A DNA stretch of 28,008 nt from positions 1 to 28,008 of IMG/VR virus record IMGVR_UViG_3300022741_000088; one strand, given 5' to 3'. This document shows positions 1 to 9,014 of the stretch, piece by piece (within the stretch, counting starts at the first letter, position 1; every line of letters begins with the position of its first letter). Made by a program: the position numbers and the translations under genes. The DNA comes from a virus (Duplodnaviria > Caudoviricetes). The notes beneath the pieces are model-generated. The model was given only the letters and a program-made list of their open reading frames with translations. It was not told where the DNA came from and did no database searches.

Positions 1-1272
1 TCAGCGGCAGGGAATCGACCACAGCTCGTCGAGGTTCGTGGTGTAGCTGGGGCTTTTTAATTCGCGGCGCATTGCCCACTCTGGGGCTGTCGGTACCGCA
101 CCTGGTCGAATTGTGCCGCGCCCCCACCGGGCGTTGATGGTGTCCAGGACGTCCATCACCCGATCAGCCGCTGGCGATTGCTGGGGGGCGAACAGATCCA
201 GCGTGTGCTCAGTGCGCTGGCACAGGTCGAGCAACATCACTTCCGCTTTCGCGTATGCGTAGCCCGCTCGATAGGCCTTATCCAGGGCTGTGTTCGCGGC
301 CTGGATCAGCATGCGGGTGTCGTCTGTGGGGTAGGGAAGCTGGCACAAGACGCCATTGGCGAACTTGGCTTCGTCGGGGTTGAACATTCCTGTTCGGATG
401 CTGACGCGGATCCGGCGGCAAACTGACTGTTGCGCTCGTAGCTTTTCCGCTGCCCTGGTGCAGTAGGTGGCCACCGCCTCGCGGATCTCCTCAATGTCGC
501 GGAGACGCTTCCCGAACATCCGACTGCAGCAGATTTCCTGGCGAGCTGGTGCAGCGTCCTCGAGCTCCATGCAGGCGACACCGCGCAGTTCACGCGCTGT
601 CCGTTCGATCACAACACTGAATCGCTTCCGTAACTCCCAGGCATCGGCTTGCGCCAGATCCCACGCCGTGGAGATTTTCAGCGCCTGCAGGTGGGCTTCC
701 ATGCGTCGGCCGACGCCCCATACCTCTGATACTGGTGTCACCTTCATGACCCGTTCGCGTCGATCCGGATCCGACAGATCCACTACGCCGCCGGTCTGCT
801 GCATCCATCGTTTGGCTGAGTAGTTGGCGAGCTTGGCCAGGGTTTTCGTCGGGCCGATTCCCACACCCGTGGGGATGCCCGTCAACTGCAGTACCTGGGC
901 GCGGATCTCGCGGCCCAGTGGTTCTACCGCGTGGATGCCGGTCAGATCGGCAAACGCTTCGTCGATGCTGTAGACCTCACAGTTTGGCACCAGGCTTTCG
1001 ATAACCGACATCACGCGCTGACTCATATCGCCGTAGAGCGCATAGTTTGAGCTGAACGCGACAATGCCGTGGCGCTGTAGTTTGTCCCGGATCTGGAAGA
1101 ACGGGGCGCCCATGGCCACGTGTGGCTTGGCGTCGGCCGAGCGGGCGATGACACAGCCGTCGTTATTGCTCAGGACAACGATGGGAGTGTGTTTCAGGTC
1201 TGGCCGAAAGACTCTCTCGCAACTGGCATAGAACGAGTTGCAGTCGATCAGCGCATAGGTTCTATCAAGCAT
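1..1272 (-). CDS. umuC: Y-family DNA polymerase V catalytic subunit UmuC
   Basis: Motifs [34 protein letters not shown] and C-terminal [14 protein letters not shown]; 423 aa; follows umuD with an 8-nt overlap. Confidence 0.96.
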   Translation of the reverse strand: MLDRTYALIDCNSFYASCERVFRPDLKHTPIVVLSNNDGCVIARSADAKPHVAMGAPFFQIRDKLQRHGIVAFSSNYALYGDMSQRVMSVIESLVPNCEVYSIDEAFADLTGIHAVEPLGREIRAQVLQLTGIPTGVGIGPTKTLAKLANYSAKRWMQQTGGVVDLSDPDRRERVMKVTPVSEVWGVGRRMEAHLQALKISTAWDLAQADAWELRKRFSVVIERTARELRGVACMELEDAAPARQEICCSRMFGKRLRDIEEIREAVATYCTRAAEKLRAQQSVCRRIRVSIRTGMFNPDEAKFANGVLCQLPYPTDDTRMLIQAANTALDKAYRAGYAYAKAEVMLLDLCQRTEHTLDLFAPQQSPAADRVMDVLDTINARWGRGTIRPGAVPTAPEWAMRRELKSPSYTTNLDELWSIPCR

Positions 1273-1702
1273 GGCACAGGTGCCGCCTTATGCTGTCGGT
1301 GACCACGCCCCAGATCTGCAGTTCGTCGGCCTCAAGGACGTAGCGGGGAGGGTAGGCGGGGTTTTCTGCTCGGAGGATCCAGGTATTGCCCTCCTTGGCC
1401 AGGCGCTTGACGAAGCATTCACCGTTGAGGCTTGCGACCACTACGTGTCCTTTCTGGGCTTGCTTGGCCCGATTCACCACCAACAGATCGCCATCGAAGA
1501 TGCCGGCGCCGGTCATGCTCTCGCCCAGGGCGCGGGCGAGGAAAGTTTGCGGGGCGTTGATGTCTAGGAGTTCGTCTAGGGACAGGCGCTGCTCGAGGTG
1601 GTCTTGCGCAGGGCTTGGGAAGCCCGCCGGCACACGGTCGGTGAACAGGGGAAGCTCGGTGGTCGAGCTGGATAGGTGGCAGATGAAGGTGGCTGTGGGC
1701 AT
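1265..1702 (-). CDS. umuD: UmuD (S24 autopeptidase, Pol V accessory subunit)
   Basis: [11 protein letters not shown] cleavage-site motif, GESM catalytic Ser, VKRL catalytic Lys. Start moved to ATG 1702 because the upstream ORF extension runs through the SOS box. Confidence 0.93.
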   Translation of the reverse strand: MPTATFICHLSSSTTELPLFTDRVPAGFPSPAQDHLEQRLSLDELLDINAPQTFLARALGESMTGAGIFDGDLLVVNRAKQAQKGHVVVASLNGECFVKRLAKEGNTWILRAENPAYPPRYVLEADELQIWGVVTDSIRRHLCHA

Positions 1703-1718
1703 GGCGATAGCATTGAAA

Positions 1719-1738
1719 TACTGTACGGCTATACAGTA
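1719..1738. promoter_or_regulatory. LexA (SOS) box upstream of umuDC
   Basis: TACTGTACGGCTATACAGTA matches gammaproteobacterial CTGT-N8-ACAG with palindromic TA flanks, 16 bp upstream of the umuD ATG. A -35-like TTGACC lies on the minus strand at 1763-1758. Confidence 0.92.
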
Positions 1739-1891
1739 CATATCCGGGGTTATGCTTGGTCAAGGTGGCGATGACGGACGGTGGCCTTAGTGCGGATGCT
1801 ATCTTGGTTGTCATGAAGAATTAGTTGCGATTTGTACAAATAGGGAAATTAATTTGCGGTACTTTCAATAGAGTTTATATGGGGTGGATGA

Positions 1892-3091
1892 ATGAAATGT
1901 ATTTATTGTAATGAAGCAGGAATTTTTAATGGGGAACATGTTTTTTCGGCCGGTCTTGGCGGGGATGACAAAAGATATATGCTGCACGATGCAGTGTGTA
2001 AGACATGTAATTCTGAGTTTGCAAAGCTTGAAACTGAACTTCTTCAAAAGTCTCCAACGGCACTAGCAAGAATTGCTATGCAGCCTGGTGGTCGTTCTAG
2101 GAGCGGTAAAAGAAGAGATCCAACTTACACGACAGATGCAACGTACCTTGTTGATGAGTCGGGTAGATTGCTTGAGGCTTATATTTCGGCAGGTATGGTT
2201 CCTGTGATCTTGCCGCAAATACATATTGAAGGTAAAAGCGTCGGTTTGACGGCGACTGAAAGTGAAGAGCTCAAGGAATTTAATTCGGCGCTGCAAAGCT
2301 TGATTGGTGTCGGAGAATTCAAGTTAATTGTAAAGATGGATTCCGAGGGTGGGGTGCGCTACTTGGTCTCGACAGTCAGTAGGAGGCCAGAAGGTTACAG
2401 GATAGATGATGGTGTGGAGGTGCAAAAACCTCCAGCCGAAGGGCTTTGGTTACAGGTGGTAAAGCCGGATAAAAAAATAACTCATAGGTTTTATAGAAAT
2501 AAAAATGGTGGATTGAATTATAAAACTTCGCAAGGTGATTCGTTGTTGGAATCATTGATGACTCTAGAGAAATATTTTGCTCAGTACGAGCTTCCTGAGT
2601 CATTTCCCGTATCAATGGTTGAACAGCCATTGATGCAGGTAGAGTCATCTCCGAATATGAGTATGGCCGATAGAGTTATTGCTAAGATTGGTGTTAACTT
2701 TGTGGCGTATTTGCAAGGGGCTGATTATGTAAGAAATCCGGGTTTTGATGAGGTTAAAAGATCGATACTGTATGGTGATCCTAAAATGCCTTGGACTCAT
2801 TCAGATGATGATCATGTAAGTGCTATCTTGGGGCGCCCCCCGAAAGGCTGTCATGCACTTATGTTGGGGGCGATGCCAAATAGTAACGGGCAGGTGACTC
2901 TGTCCTTAGTGTTAAAATTATATGGTTCTACGGTGCATCGAGTTAAATTGGCGGACTCTGTGCCAAGTCCTGGATGGGATGAGCCGAAATTCTATCTGAT
3001 TAATTATGTTGAGCATGTAATAGAACCGATTAGCATGTTGGAGTACATGAGGAACTATTGCGAAATTAGTCAGTTTCTAGGTCAAACCTAG
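1892..3091 (+). CDS. HNH-type endonuclease-domain protein (accessory moron)
   Basis: N-terminal CIYC...EHVF..GLGG...VCKTCN (Zn-binding HNH signature); 399 aa; visibly AT-richer than flanks; opposite strand to the tail operon. Confidence 0.8.
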   Translation: MKCIYCNEAGIFNGEHVFSAGLGGDDKRYMLHDAVCKTCNSEFAKLETELLQKSPTALARIAMQPGGRSRSGKRRDPTYTTDATYLVDESGRLLEAYISAGMVPVILPQIHIEGKSVGLTATESEELKEFNSALQSLIGVGEFKLIVKMDSEGGVRYLVSTVSRRPEGYRIDDGVEVQKPPAEGLWLQVVKPDKKITHRFYRNKNGGLNYKTSQGDSLLESLMTLEKYFAQYELPESFPVSMVEQPLMQVESSPNMSMADRVIAKIGVNFVAYLQGADYVRNPGFDEVKRSILYGDPKMPWTHSDDDHVSAILGRPPKGCHALMLGAMPNSNGQVTLSLVLKLYGSTVHRVKLADSVPSPGWDEPKFYLINYVEHVIEPISMLEYMRNYCEISQFLGQT

Positions 3092-4041
3092 AGAGTTATT
3101 GGTTTCAGCTTCCCGGCCAGGGCCGTCGCGGTGCCCGCCTTAGTTGCGAAGCCTGCCGCATCTGAGGGGCTCGGCACTGGCCCTGGCACATGCGTGTGCG
3201 CAGCCAGTTGCGTGTTCATCTGCTCCACCAGGTCGATCAGGTCGCACAGCACCTGCAGGACGTTGACCGACTGAGAGCCCAGCCAGGTCTGGGGCGCGAT
3301 GCTTCGGCGAACACCCTGGATCCTCTCGGCCATATCGCCACCCACTACCGTGTTCAGCTTCTGCCCCACCACCAGGTTCAGATCCCGGCCGGTGGCTTGG
3401 TGCAAGTCGTCGACAGCAGCCAAGCTCGCGGATCCGCCGGACAGCAGCTTGAGCGCGCCCAGGGCTTCCACTTTCTTGATGCCGCCCACCGTTTCGGTGC
3501 TGTGATCGTCGACCTCGATCATGCTGCCCTGGTAACGCTCGGCGTTGTCCATGGCCTCCACCTGGCGTTCCACGGCCTTGTCCTGGATTCGCCCATCGGT
3601 CTGGCGTAGCCAGTTGCCGTCCGCGTCGACGCGCTGCTGGCAGGCCTCGCTGTGCTGCCAGACCTGATCTCCTTTCGGCACCTTGGGCAGGCTCAGGCCG
3701 TGCGGCAGTATCTGCTGGATGTACGGTTTGTGCGGCAGGCCATAGGCGAAGCAGATCACCACCGTGGTGCCTTCCTCGGCGAAGCCGTAGAAGCCTGCTT
3801 CCTGGCCGCCGGCGGGTACCGGTAGGGGCAGGCTCTGCAGGATGGGCAGGGCTGGATCTGGCTCGCCGTGTTCGTCCAGGACTTCCACGTCGACGCCGAA
3901 GCGCGGGCGGAAGTCGTCGCACAGCCCGGGCTCGGCCGGGGCGTCCGGTACCGCGACCACGCGCCCGAAGCGGGGGAGGTGGTAGCCCCCGGTCAGCTCA
4001 GGGAATTGGCGCTCTACAGCGCGGCGGATTGCGTCTTCCAT
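3088..4041 (-). CDS. Baseplate/tail spike-like protein (gpV-like; last gene of tail operon)
   Basis: Start MEDAIRR at 4041; OB-fold-like N-terminus (V...FAYGLPHKPYI), beta-repeat-like middle and C-terminal HTH (His-x-His) tip motif. Confidence 0.65.
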   Translation of the reverse strand: MEDAIRRAVERQFPELTGGYHLPRFGRVVAVPDAPAEPGLCDDFRPRFGVDVEVLDEHGEPDPALPILQSLPLPVPAGGQEAGFYGFAEEGTTVVICFAYGLPHKPYIQQILPHGLSLPKVPKGDQVWQHSEACQQRVDADGNWLRQTDGRIQDKAVERQVEAMDNAERYQGSMIEVDDHSTETVGGIKKVEALGALKLLSGGSASLAAVDDLHQATGRDLNLVVGQKLNTVVGGDMAERIQGVRRSIAPQTWLGSQSVNVLQVLCDLIDLVEQMNTQLAAHTHVPGPVPSPSDAAGFATKAGTATALAGKLKPITL

Positions 4042-4718
4042 CGGATGGCCATCTGAGTGTCGAAAAGGGTCAGGGCGGTGATGCGCTCGCCCTGGTTGAT
4101 CGTGGCGCCAGGGCGCAGGCCGGGCAGGGCTGCCACCGTTGCGCTCTGGTTGCCCTGGTACTGGTTGAACAGCTCGGCCGGCAGTTGCAGCGGCGGGCGG
4201 GCGCCCCAGAAGCCATGCGCCCAACTGCCCACGTAGACCTCGCCGTCGCCCTGCTGCTGCCAGCAGTAATCCGGAATGCCGAACACGCGGGCCAGGCTGT
4301 CCATGGCCTGGTACCCGGTGGCGAGGTTGTAGAAGTAGGGAGCCTTGACCCTGGCATAGGCTTGGTCAGGTACGCGAAAGCGCAGGCCGGTGCGTGCGCT
4401 GATCTCCTCGAGCATCTGGTGCAGATCCACATGCCGCAGGTTCATGGGCAGCGGCAGGGCCAGCACGCTGGTCAGCTCGCGGCAGAACAGCACCTGTTGC
4501 TGAGTGTTAGCCGCGGTGCAGCGCTCAACGTGGCCGATGAACAGCCGTTGCAGGGGCTTGCTGTCGTAGCCGATGTCGAGAGTAACCAGGCCGCTCACCG
4601 GTGCCGGTGACTGGATGGTGAAGCTGGCCCGGCCAGGGCTACGCAGATCCAGCCGTACCTCGTCTTTCACCAGTTGGAACGGCTTGCCAGCAATGGTCAG
4701 CACTTTGTGCAGCTTCAT
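4014..4718 (-). CDS. Phage tail/baseplate hub-like protein
   Basis: 234 aa, ATGA-coupled to the upstream gene; WQQQGDGEVYVGSW motif; position in HP1-type tail operon. Confidence 0.6.
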   Translation of the reverse strand: MKLHKVLTIAGKPFQLVKDEVRLDLRSPGRASFTIQSPAPVSGLVTLDIGYDSKPLQRLFIGHVERCTAANTQQQVLFCRELTSVLALPLPMNLRHVDLHQMLEEISARTGLRFRVPDQAYARVKAPYFYNLATGYQAMDSLARVFGIPDYCWQQQGDGEVYVGSWAHGFWGARPPLQLPAELFNQYQGNQSATVAALPGLRPGATINQGERITALTLFDTQMAIRWKTQSAAL

Positions 4719-5242
4719 GCCAGTGCCTCGTCGAGCCGCTGCAACACGCGCTCGAAGCCGCTCAGCTCCTCCTGTTGCTCGGGCTCCTGGGCACCGCCGG
4801 CGATAGCCTGGCCGGGGGCGGACTGCTGCGTAACCGGGTTGCGCGGGCGCCGCGTCTCGACTCGCTCGGCGGTCGATAGCTTCTCGGTCAGTGTGAACTG
4901 GATCCGCCAGGCGGCCAGGGTGTCATCCTCGCGGGCGTTCACGTTGTCGCTGAACTCAACCTGGCGCACCCCGAAGGCTGCAGCCGTGTCGTTTACGATC
5001 CGATAGACCTTGCGTTGTCCGCCGGCGCCGGTGGCCTGGGCCAGGCTCAAGAGCTGCACCAGGTCGGCCTGGTCACGATAGGGAATCATCAGCGAAACCG
5101 TCAGCGCCTTGGGTTTGAACCCTTTGTGCGCACCGGCGGTATTGCTGGTTTGTCCGGACAGATCGTCCGTTTCGATGCGCAGGTTTGCGGTGATCTTCAT
5201 CGTCTTACCGCCCACTTTCTGGCCGTCGAGTAGCAGTGTCAT
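4715..5242 (-). CDS. Phage baseplate complex protein (HP1-type)
   Basis: 175 aa, 4-nt overlaps with both neighbours; synteny in tail operon. Confidence 0.6.
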   Translation of the reverse strand: MTLLLDGQKVGGKTMKITANLRIETDDLSGQTSNTAGAHKGFKPKALTVSLMIPYRDQADLVQLLSLAQATGAGGQRKVYRIVNDTAAAFGVRQVEFSDNVNAREDDTLAAWRIQFTLTEKLSTAERVETRRPRNPVTQQSAPGQAIAGGAQEPEQQEELSGFERVLQRLDEALA

Positions 5243-6162
5243 AGGCCCACCAATTCACGGACGAAGCTCAGGCCCGCGGCCGAGCCGAGCAGCAGCACGC
5301 CGGCGCTTAGCACCCATTCATGCCCGGGCGGGTCGCCGGCCAGCAGCTCGGTTCGGATCTGGCTGGCAGTCCCAGGACCGAGCAGGCGAGCACGCATGGC
5401 CGGCTCGGCGGTACCGCTGGCGAGCAACGCCTGCAGGTTTGCCAACTGCTGATCGCGGGTCTGCTGCTGAGATGCCTTGCGAGCAGCCAGCGCGGCCAGG
5501 TCGGCCATGGGCGAACTGTCGGCGGCGTAGCTCTCCAGGACGGCCAGTTGGCCGGCCATGGACTTCTTGGCGGCCTTGGTTATGGTGCAGCGCTCCAGGG
5601 GCAGGGCGTTCCACCGAGGCAGCGGCCCGGCTGCAGGGATCTCCCACTTTTCCGCCTCGAGGCGTGACAGGTGAAGGGCACGCCGTTCGGCACGCACAAG
5701 ATCCGGAACGGGCAGCAGGGTGTTGAAACGCCCCAGGCTGTCGGCGAACTGGTCGTAGCGGGTGCCCAGGAACAGCACCGCCAGGGCGAACTGTGCGCCT
5801 GCAGGACGACCCGCGTCGGTTGGATCCACCAGTTTTGCTGCCAACTGCTCGAGCATGTTCGGTGCCGACAGATAGCGCATGGCGCCACGGCCCTGGCCGA
5901 TGCCGGACTGAAACGGAGTGATCGCCAGGCAGGCCGGCGCCTCGCCCAGTTGGCTGCCCAAGGCGGCACGTCCGGCAGCGATAGCGCCTGCAGCAGCGCT
6001 GCCGACCGGGCCCGGGTTGGTGGTGGCCACCGCCGTCAGGCCGGCCAGACGCTGGGCGGTGCTGGCCAGCTCGCCGCCAGCCAGGTTCTTGGCTGCTGCC
6101 AGCTCGCCCATCCACTGGGTTGCCTGTGCCGGCCAGCGCATGGTGATGGGTGACCAGGTCAC
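5239..6162 (-). CDS. Phage tail-region hypothetical protein
   Basis: GTG start at 6162 overlaps the upstream stop (GTGA); Ala/Leu-rich, 307 aa; GC-rich codon usage like its neighbours. Confidence 0.65.
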   Translation of the reverse strand: MTWSPITMRWPAQATQWMGELAAAKNLAGGELASTAQRLAGLTAVATTNPGPVGSAAAGAIAAGRAALGSQLGEAPACLAITPFQSGIGQGRGAMRYLSAPNMLEQLAAKLVDPTDAGRPAGAQFALAVLFLGTRYDQFADSLGRFNTLLPVPDLVRAERRALHLSRLEAEKWEIPAAGPLPRWNALPLERCTITKAAKKSMAGQLAVLESYAADSSPMADLAALAARKASQQQTRDQQLANLQALLASGTAEPAMRARLLGPGTASQIRTELLAGDPPGHEWVLSAGVLLLGSAAGLSFVRELVGL

Positions 6163-6869
6163 GGCAGCACAGCCCCCCAGCTCACCGACTCCAGTACCTG
6201 CAGGTCGCCGGCGGCCAGTGCCTGATCCAGCTGCTGCTTCAGGGTATTGGCACGTTGTAGGTGCTCGAGCTTGAACAAAGTGAAGTCGTCGCCGACCTGG
6301 TGCAGCTGCTGCGCACTGTGCGGGCGAAATTCTTTGTTGCCCTGCTCGTCGATGCACGCATACGGCATATCGAGGCCGCGCAAGACGGCGCCAGTCAGGT
6401 TCAACTGATCATCCAGCTGACTGCTGTAGCGGTGTGGCTCGCCCAACGCTCGCGACCAGAAGCCGCCTGTGATGGTGGTTTCACAGGCTGCATTGATCGC
6501 GTGGTACTGCTCAGAGTGACGGCGCACCAGAGTGGCGGGAATATCGTCTACCCACTCGCCGTTGCGCCACACTTGGCCAGGGCCGGGAACGCTCAACGTG
6601 TAGCCGGCGGGCAGCTCGCCGGCACGCTCGAGCACCAGCGGTGTGCCGGTGGTCGTGTTGTACGCTGTCAGGCCCTGGTATGAGCTGATCAACTGCCAGC
6701 GATGGCCATCCCAGCGCGGAACCTGGTGTGGGCCTGACATGGGTGGGGCTTCCTCGACACAGCCGCCGGGAATTAGCCAGACGTCTGGCTCCAGTGGGCT
6801 GGGGTCGGCCTGAGTAGTGCCGGTGAAAATGCCCAGGTGGTCGGTTTGATAAACGATCTTGGTTTGCAT
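6159..6869 (-). CDS. Tail fibre assembly protein (DUF4376-like C-terminus)
   Basis: KIVYQTD...ADPSPLEPDVWLIPGGC Tfa-like N-terminus; directly downstream of the fibre gene. Confidence 0.8.
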   Translation of the reverse strand: MQTKIVYQTDHLGIFTGTTQADPSPLEPDVWLIPGGCVEEAPPMSGPHQVPRWDGHRWQLISSYQGLTAYNTTTGTPLVLERAGELPAGYTLSVPGPGQVWRNGEWVDDIPATLVRRHSEQYHAINAACETTITGGFWSRALGEPHRYSSQLDDQLNLTGAVLRGLDMPYACIDEQGNKEFRPHSAQQLHQVGDDFTLFKLEHLQRANTLKQQLDQALAAGDLQVLESVSWGAVLP

Positions 6870-6875
6870 AACACC

Positions 6876-8480
6876 TCAGAACTTGATGCAGGCCAGCAGA
6901 GCCAGGTTGCGCGGTCGCGCCTCACTGCCACCGGAAGGGGATACCGTGACAACGTGGGTGTGTTCACCCGCAGATTCGGCAGTACCGGTGATGGTGTGGG
7001 TGTGAGCGCCGGCCGGGTTGGATGTTGTTGTCGACGAGCCTTGGTTGGCGGGTGAAACATAGGAGCCGGAAGTGTTGTTGCCGGCTGAGGCTTTACGCAC
7101 CGTGTGGGTGTGTTCCCCTGCCTCTTCGGCCGAGCCGCTGAGGCTATGCGTGTGCTCTCCAGCATTAGCAACCGTTGCGCTGTGACTGTGCGAGGCGTTT
7201 TGCCAGGCCTGCGTACTGCCGAGCACACGCCCCGGATCGACTCCCCGCCCATCGTCCCAGGCGCGCAGGAACTCCCCTCGAACGTCTGGCAGGTTGAAAG
7301 TCGTTGCTCCGTCACCAGCCCCAAAAGTGGTGCCGATCACAGCAAACAGGGCGGCATAGGTGGTTCTGGAAACAGCGGCTCCATTGGCCTTTAGCCAACC
7401 GGCTGGAGCGGTTGCCCTGGAAAAGGCTGCCACCATGCCTGTCAATGGCGTGACCACTTGAGCCATGGCCATCTGTAGTGCAGCGGTAGTCGCCAGGATC
7501 TCGCTACTGTTCGTCGACGGGTCGTCGCTCTTGGCGTTGGGTAGCTCGCTTAAGCCGACATCTGCTTTCGTCGTTGCCCGTGCCCGCAGCCCTGCATAAT
7601 CGCCGTTGCGAAAGGCAAAGGCCTGCACAAGCGGGCCGTTAATGGGCTCCACCGGCCGGACATCGGTGATCGTGTTGCTGCTGGGAAGCTCGGCGATCCG
7701 CACCAGGTAATGCTGTACGCCGGCACTGTCCACATAGTCTGTCTTTCCCGCGCCCCAGGCCATTTTCCATGCCGCCACCACGTCGCTCAGCTCTCGTTGC
7801 AAGGCCACGTCGAGCCATGCAGTCGTGGGGAATGCAGTCGGTGCAACCGATTGCACTTGAGACAACTGCAAGCGGATGCCCTCGATATAGGCGGTGCCGG
7901 GCTTGAGCTGATACGTCGCCCCGACTTTCTCCAGCTGCAGCGCGCTGCCGAAGAAGCAGGCCCGGCCGAAGATGTCGCGGTTGCTCTGGCGTTCGCGCTC
8001 GTCGATGCCGGATAGGCGCACGGTAAAGTCATGCTGCCAGGTGCTGGCATCGATGGTGATACCGGTCAGCGCTTGGGCACCGTCGAACACCACCAGGAAG
8101 TTGCGGGTCAGGTTGTTACCCACCTGGATGGGCGGGATGTTGCGGCGCTTCTGCTGCAGTGCGACGGTGGCCACCGCGAACAGCACACCCTCGGCCGACT
8201 CGAGGCCGATCCAGTTGAAGTCCCAATCCCCCACGTCGCTGCCGATCTGGGCGCTGTAGACCACCTGGCTGGGGTTCACGTAGCCGCGGTGGTCGGCCGG
8301 AATCAGGTGTTGATGGACGATCTGGCCCGCCGGCGGCTTCGGGGCAGCCCGGTCGAGCGGTGCGTTTGGATCCAGACCTGGTACGTTGGCGAAAATGAAG
8401 CGGGTGATGTTCAGCGCTTCCTGGGCGCCTTGCTTCTGCGCAATCAGGTCTTCACCGGCAAGGGTAATGCTGGCCCCCAT
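6876..8480 (-). CDS. Tail fibre protein (tail-collar fibre N-terminus, collar domain, His-x-His needle)
   Basis: VGDWDFNWIGL N-terminal motif; collar domain PAGWLKANGAAVSRTTYAALFAVIG...FNLPDVRGEFLRAWD; five HxH repeats; terminal RPRNLALLACIKF. Confidence 0.92.
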   Translation of the reverse strand: MGASITLAGEDLIAQKQGAQEALNITRFIFANVPGLDPNAPLDRAAPKPPAGQIVHQHLIPADHRGYVNPSQVVYSAQIGSDVGDWDFNWIGLESAEGVLFAVATVALQQKRRNIPPIQVGNNLTRNFLVVFDGAQALTGITIDASTWQHDFTVRLSGIDERERQSNRDIFGRACFFGSALQLEKVGATYQLKPGTAYIEGIRLQLSQVQSVAPTAFPTTAWLDVALQRELSDVVAAWKMAWGAGKTDYVDSAGVQHYLVRIAELPSSNTITDVRPVEPINGPLVQAFAFRNGDYAGLRARATTKADVGLSELPNAKSDDPSTNSSEILATTAALQMAMAQVVTPLTGMVAAFSRATAPAGWLKANGAAVSRTTYAALFAVIGTTFGAGDGATTFNLPDVRGEFLRAWDDGRGVDPGRVLGSTQAWQNASHSHSATVANAGEHTHSLSGSAEEAGEHTHTVRKASAGNNTSGSYVSPANQGSSTTTSNPAGAHTHTITGTAESAGEHTHVVTVSPSGGSEARPRNLALLACIKF

Positions 8481-8489
8481 GGGGATCTC

Positions 8490-9014
8490 CTACAGTCTGG
8501 CGACCAGCGTTTGCTGGTCATCGTTGAAGTGCACGGTCACCACGCCCATAGGCAGGGGCGTGATCGTCACGAAGTCATAACGGCGACAGGTGCGGCCGTA
8601 CTGCTGGATCAGCACGCGGAGCAGTTCCTGGTTGTTGGCCAACTGGGTGTTGGTGAGGCGCAGCAACACCACGTCCCAGTCGCGGTCGGGTTGACGCTCC
8701 TCGATCTCGACATAGCCAACGCCCAGGCGCTGCAGGATGCGTTTCATGCCGGCAGTGCTACCGGCGTCCACGGCGTTGATGAAGGCGAACTTCACACGCA
8801 GGCGGTACAGGCTTTCCGGTTCGCCCTTGAAGCGGGTGATGTCCCGTTGCCAGGCCAGCAGATCCAGGATGGTGATGTGGCAGGTTTCGGCGTCCATCTG
8901 CAGAAGGGGCCAGCGCAGCCAGCCCTCGACCTTTTCCCACCAGGTGTATGCGGCGGTCTTGAGCTTGGTCAGCTCGGTACCGCTCAGCCAGAACGGCAGC
9001 TCGAGCTTAATCAC
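8490..9014 (-). CDS. Phage tail protein I (P2 gpI-like baseplate wedge)
   Basis: LDLLAWQRDITRF..E...YRLRVK motif; between baseplate J and the fibre gene. Confidence 0.85.
   Translation of the reverse strand: MIKLELPFWLSGTELTKLKTAAYTWWEKVEGWLRWPLLQMDAETCHITILDLLAWQRDITRFKGEPESLYRLRVKFAFINAVDAGSTAGMKRILQRLGVGYVEIEERQPDRDWDVVLLRLTNTQLANNQELLRVLIQQYGRTCRRYDFVTITPLPMGVVTVHFNDDQQTLVARL

Noticed and set aside
1865-2648. Short minus-strand ORFs within the HNH gene (possible antitoxin/immunity partner)
   Set aside because: Fully antisense to the long ORF, with no convincing SD or motifs.
4014-4224. Possible frameshift fusion or pseudogene split between the hub-like and spike-like ORFs (28-nt overlap)
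   Set aside because: No proper X XXY YYZ heptamer (only C CTT TTC), and the downstream ORF has a plausible ATG at 4041; treated as two genes.
6876-7200. Diversity-generating retroelement or invertible tail-fibre cassette
   Set aside because: No reverse transcriptase, invertase, template repeat or second fibre C-terminus in the window; the repeats are protein-level HxH units.
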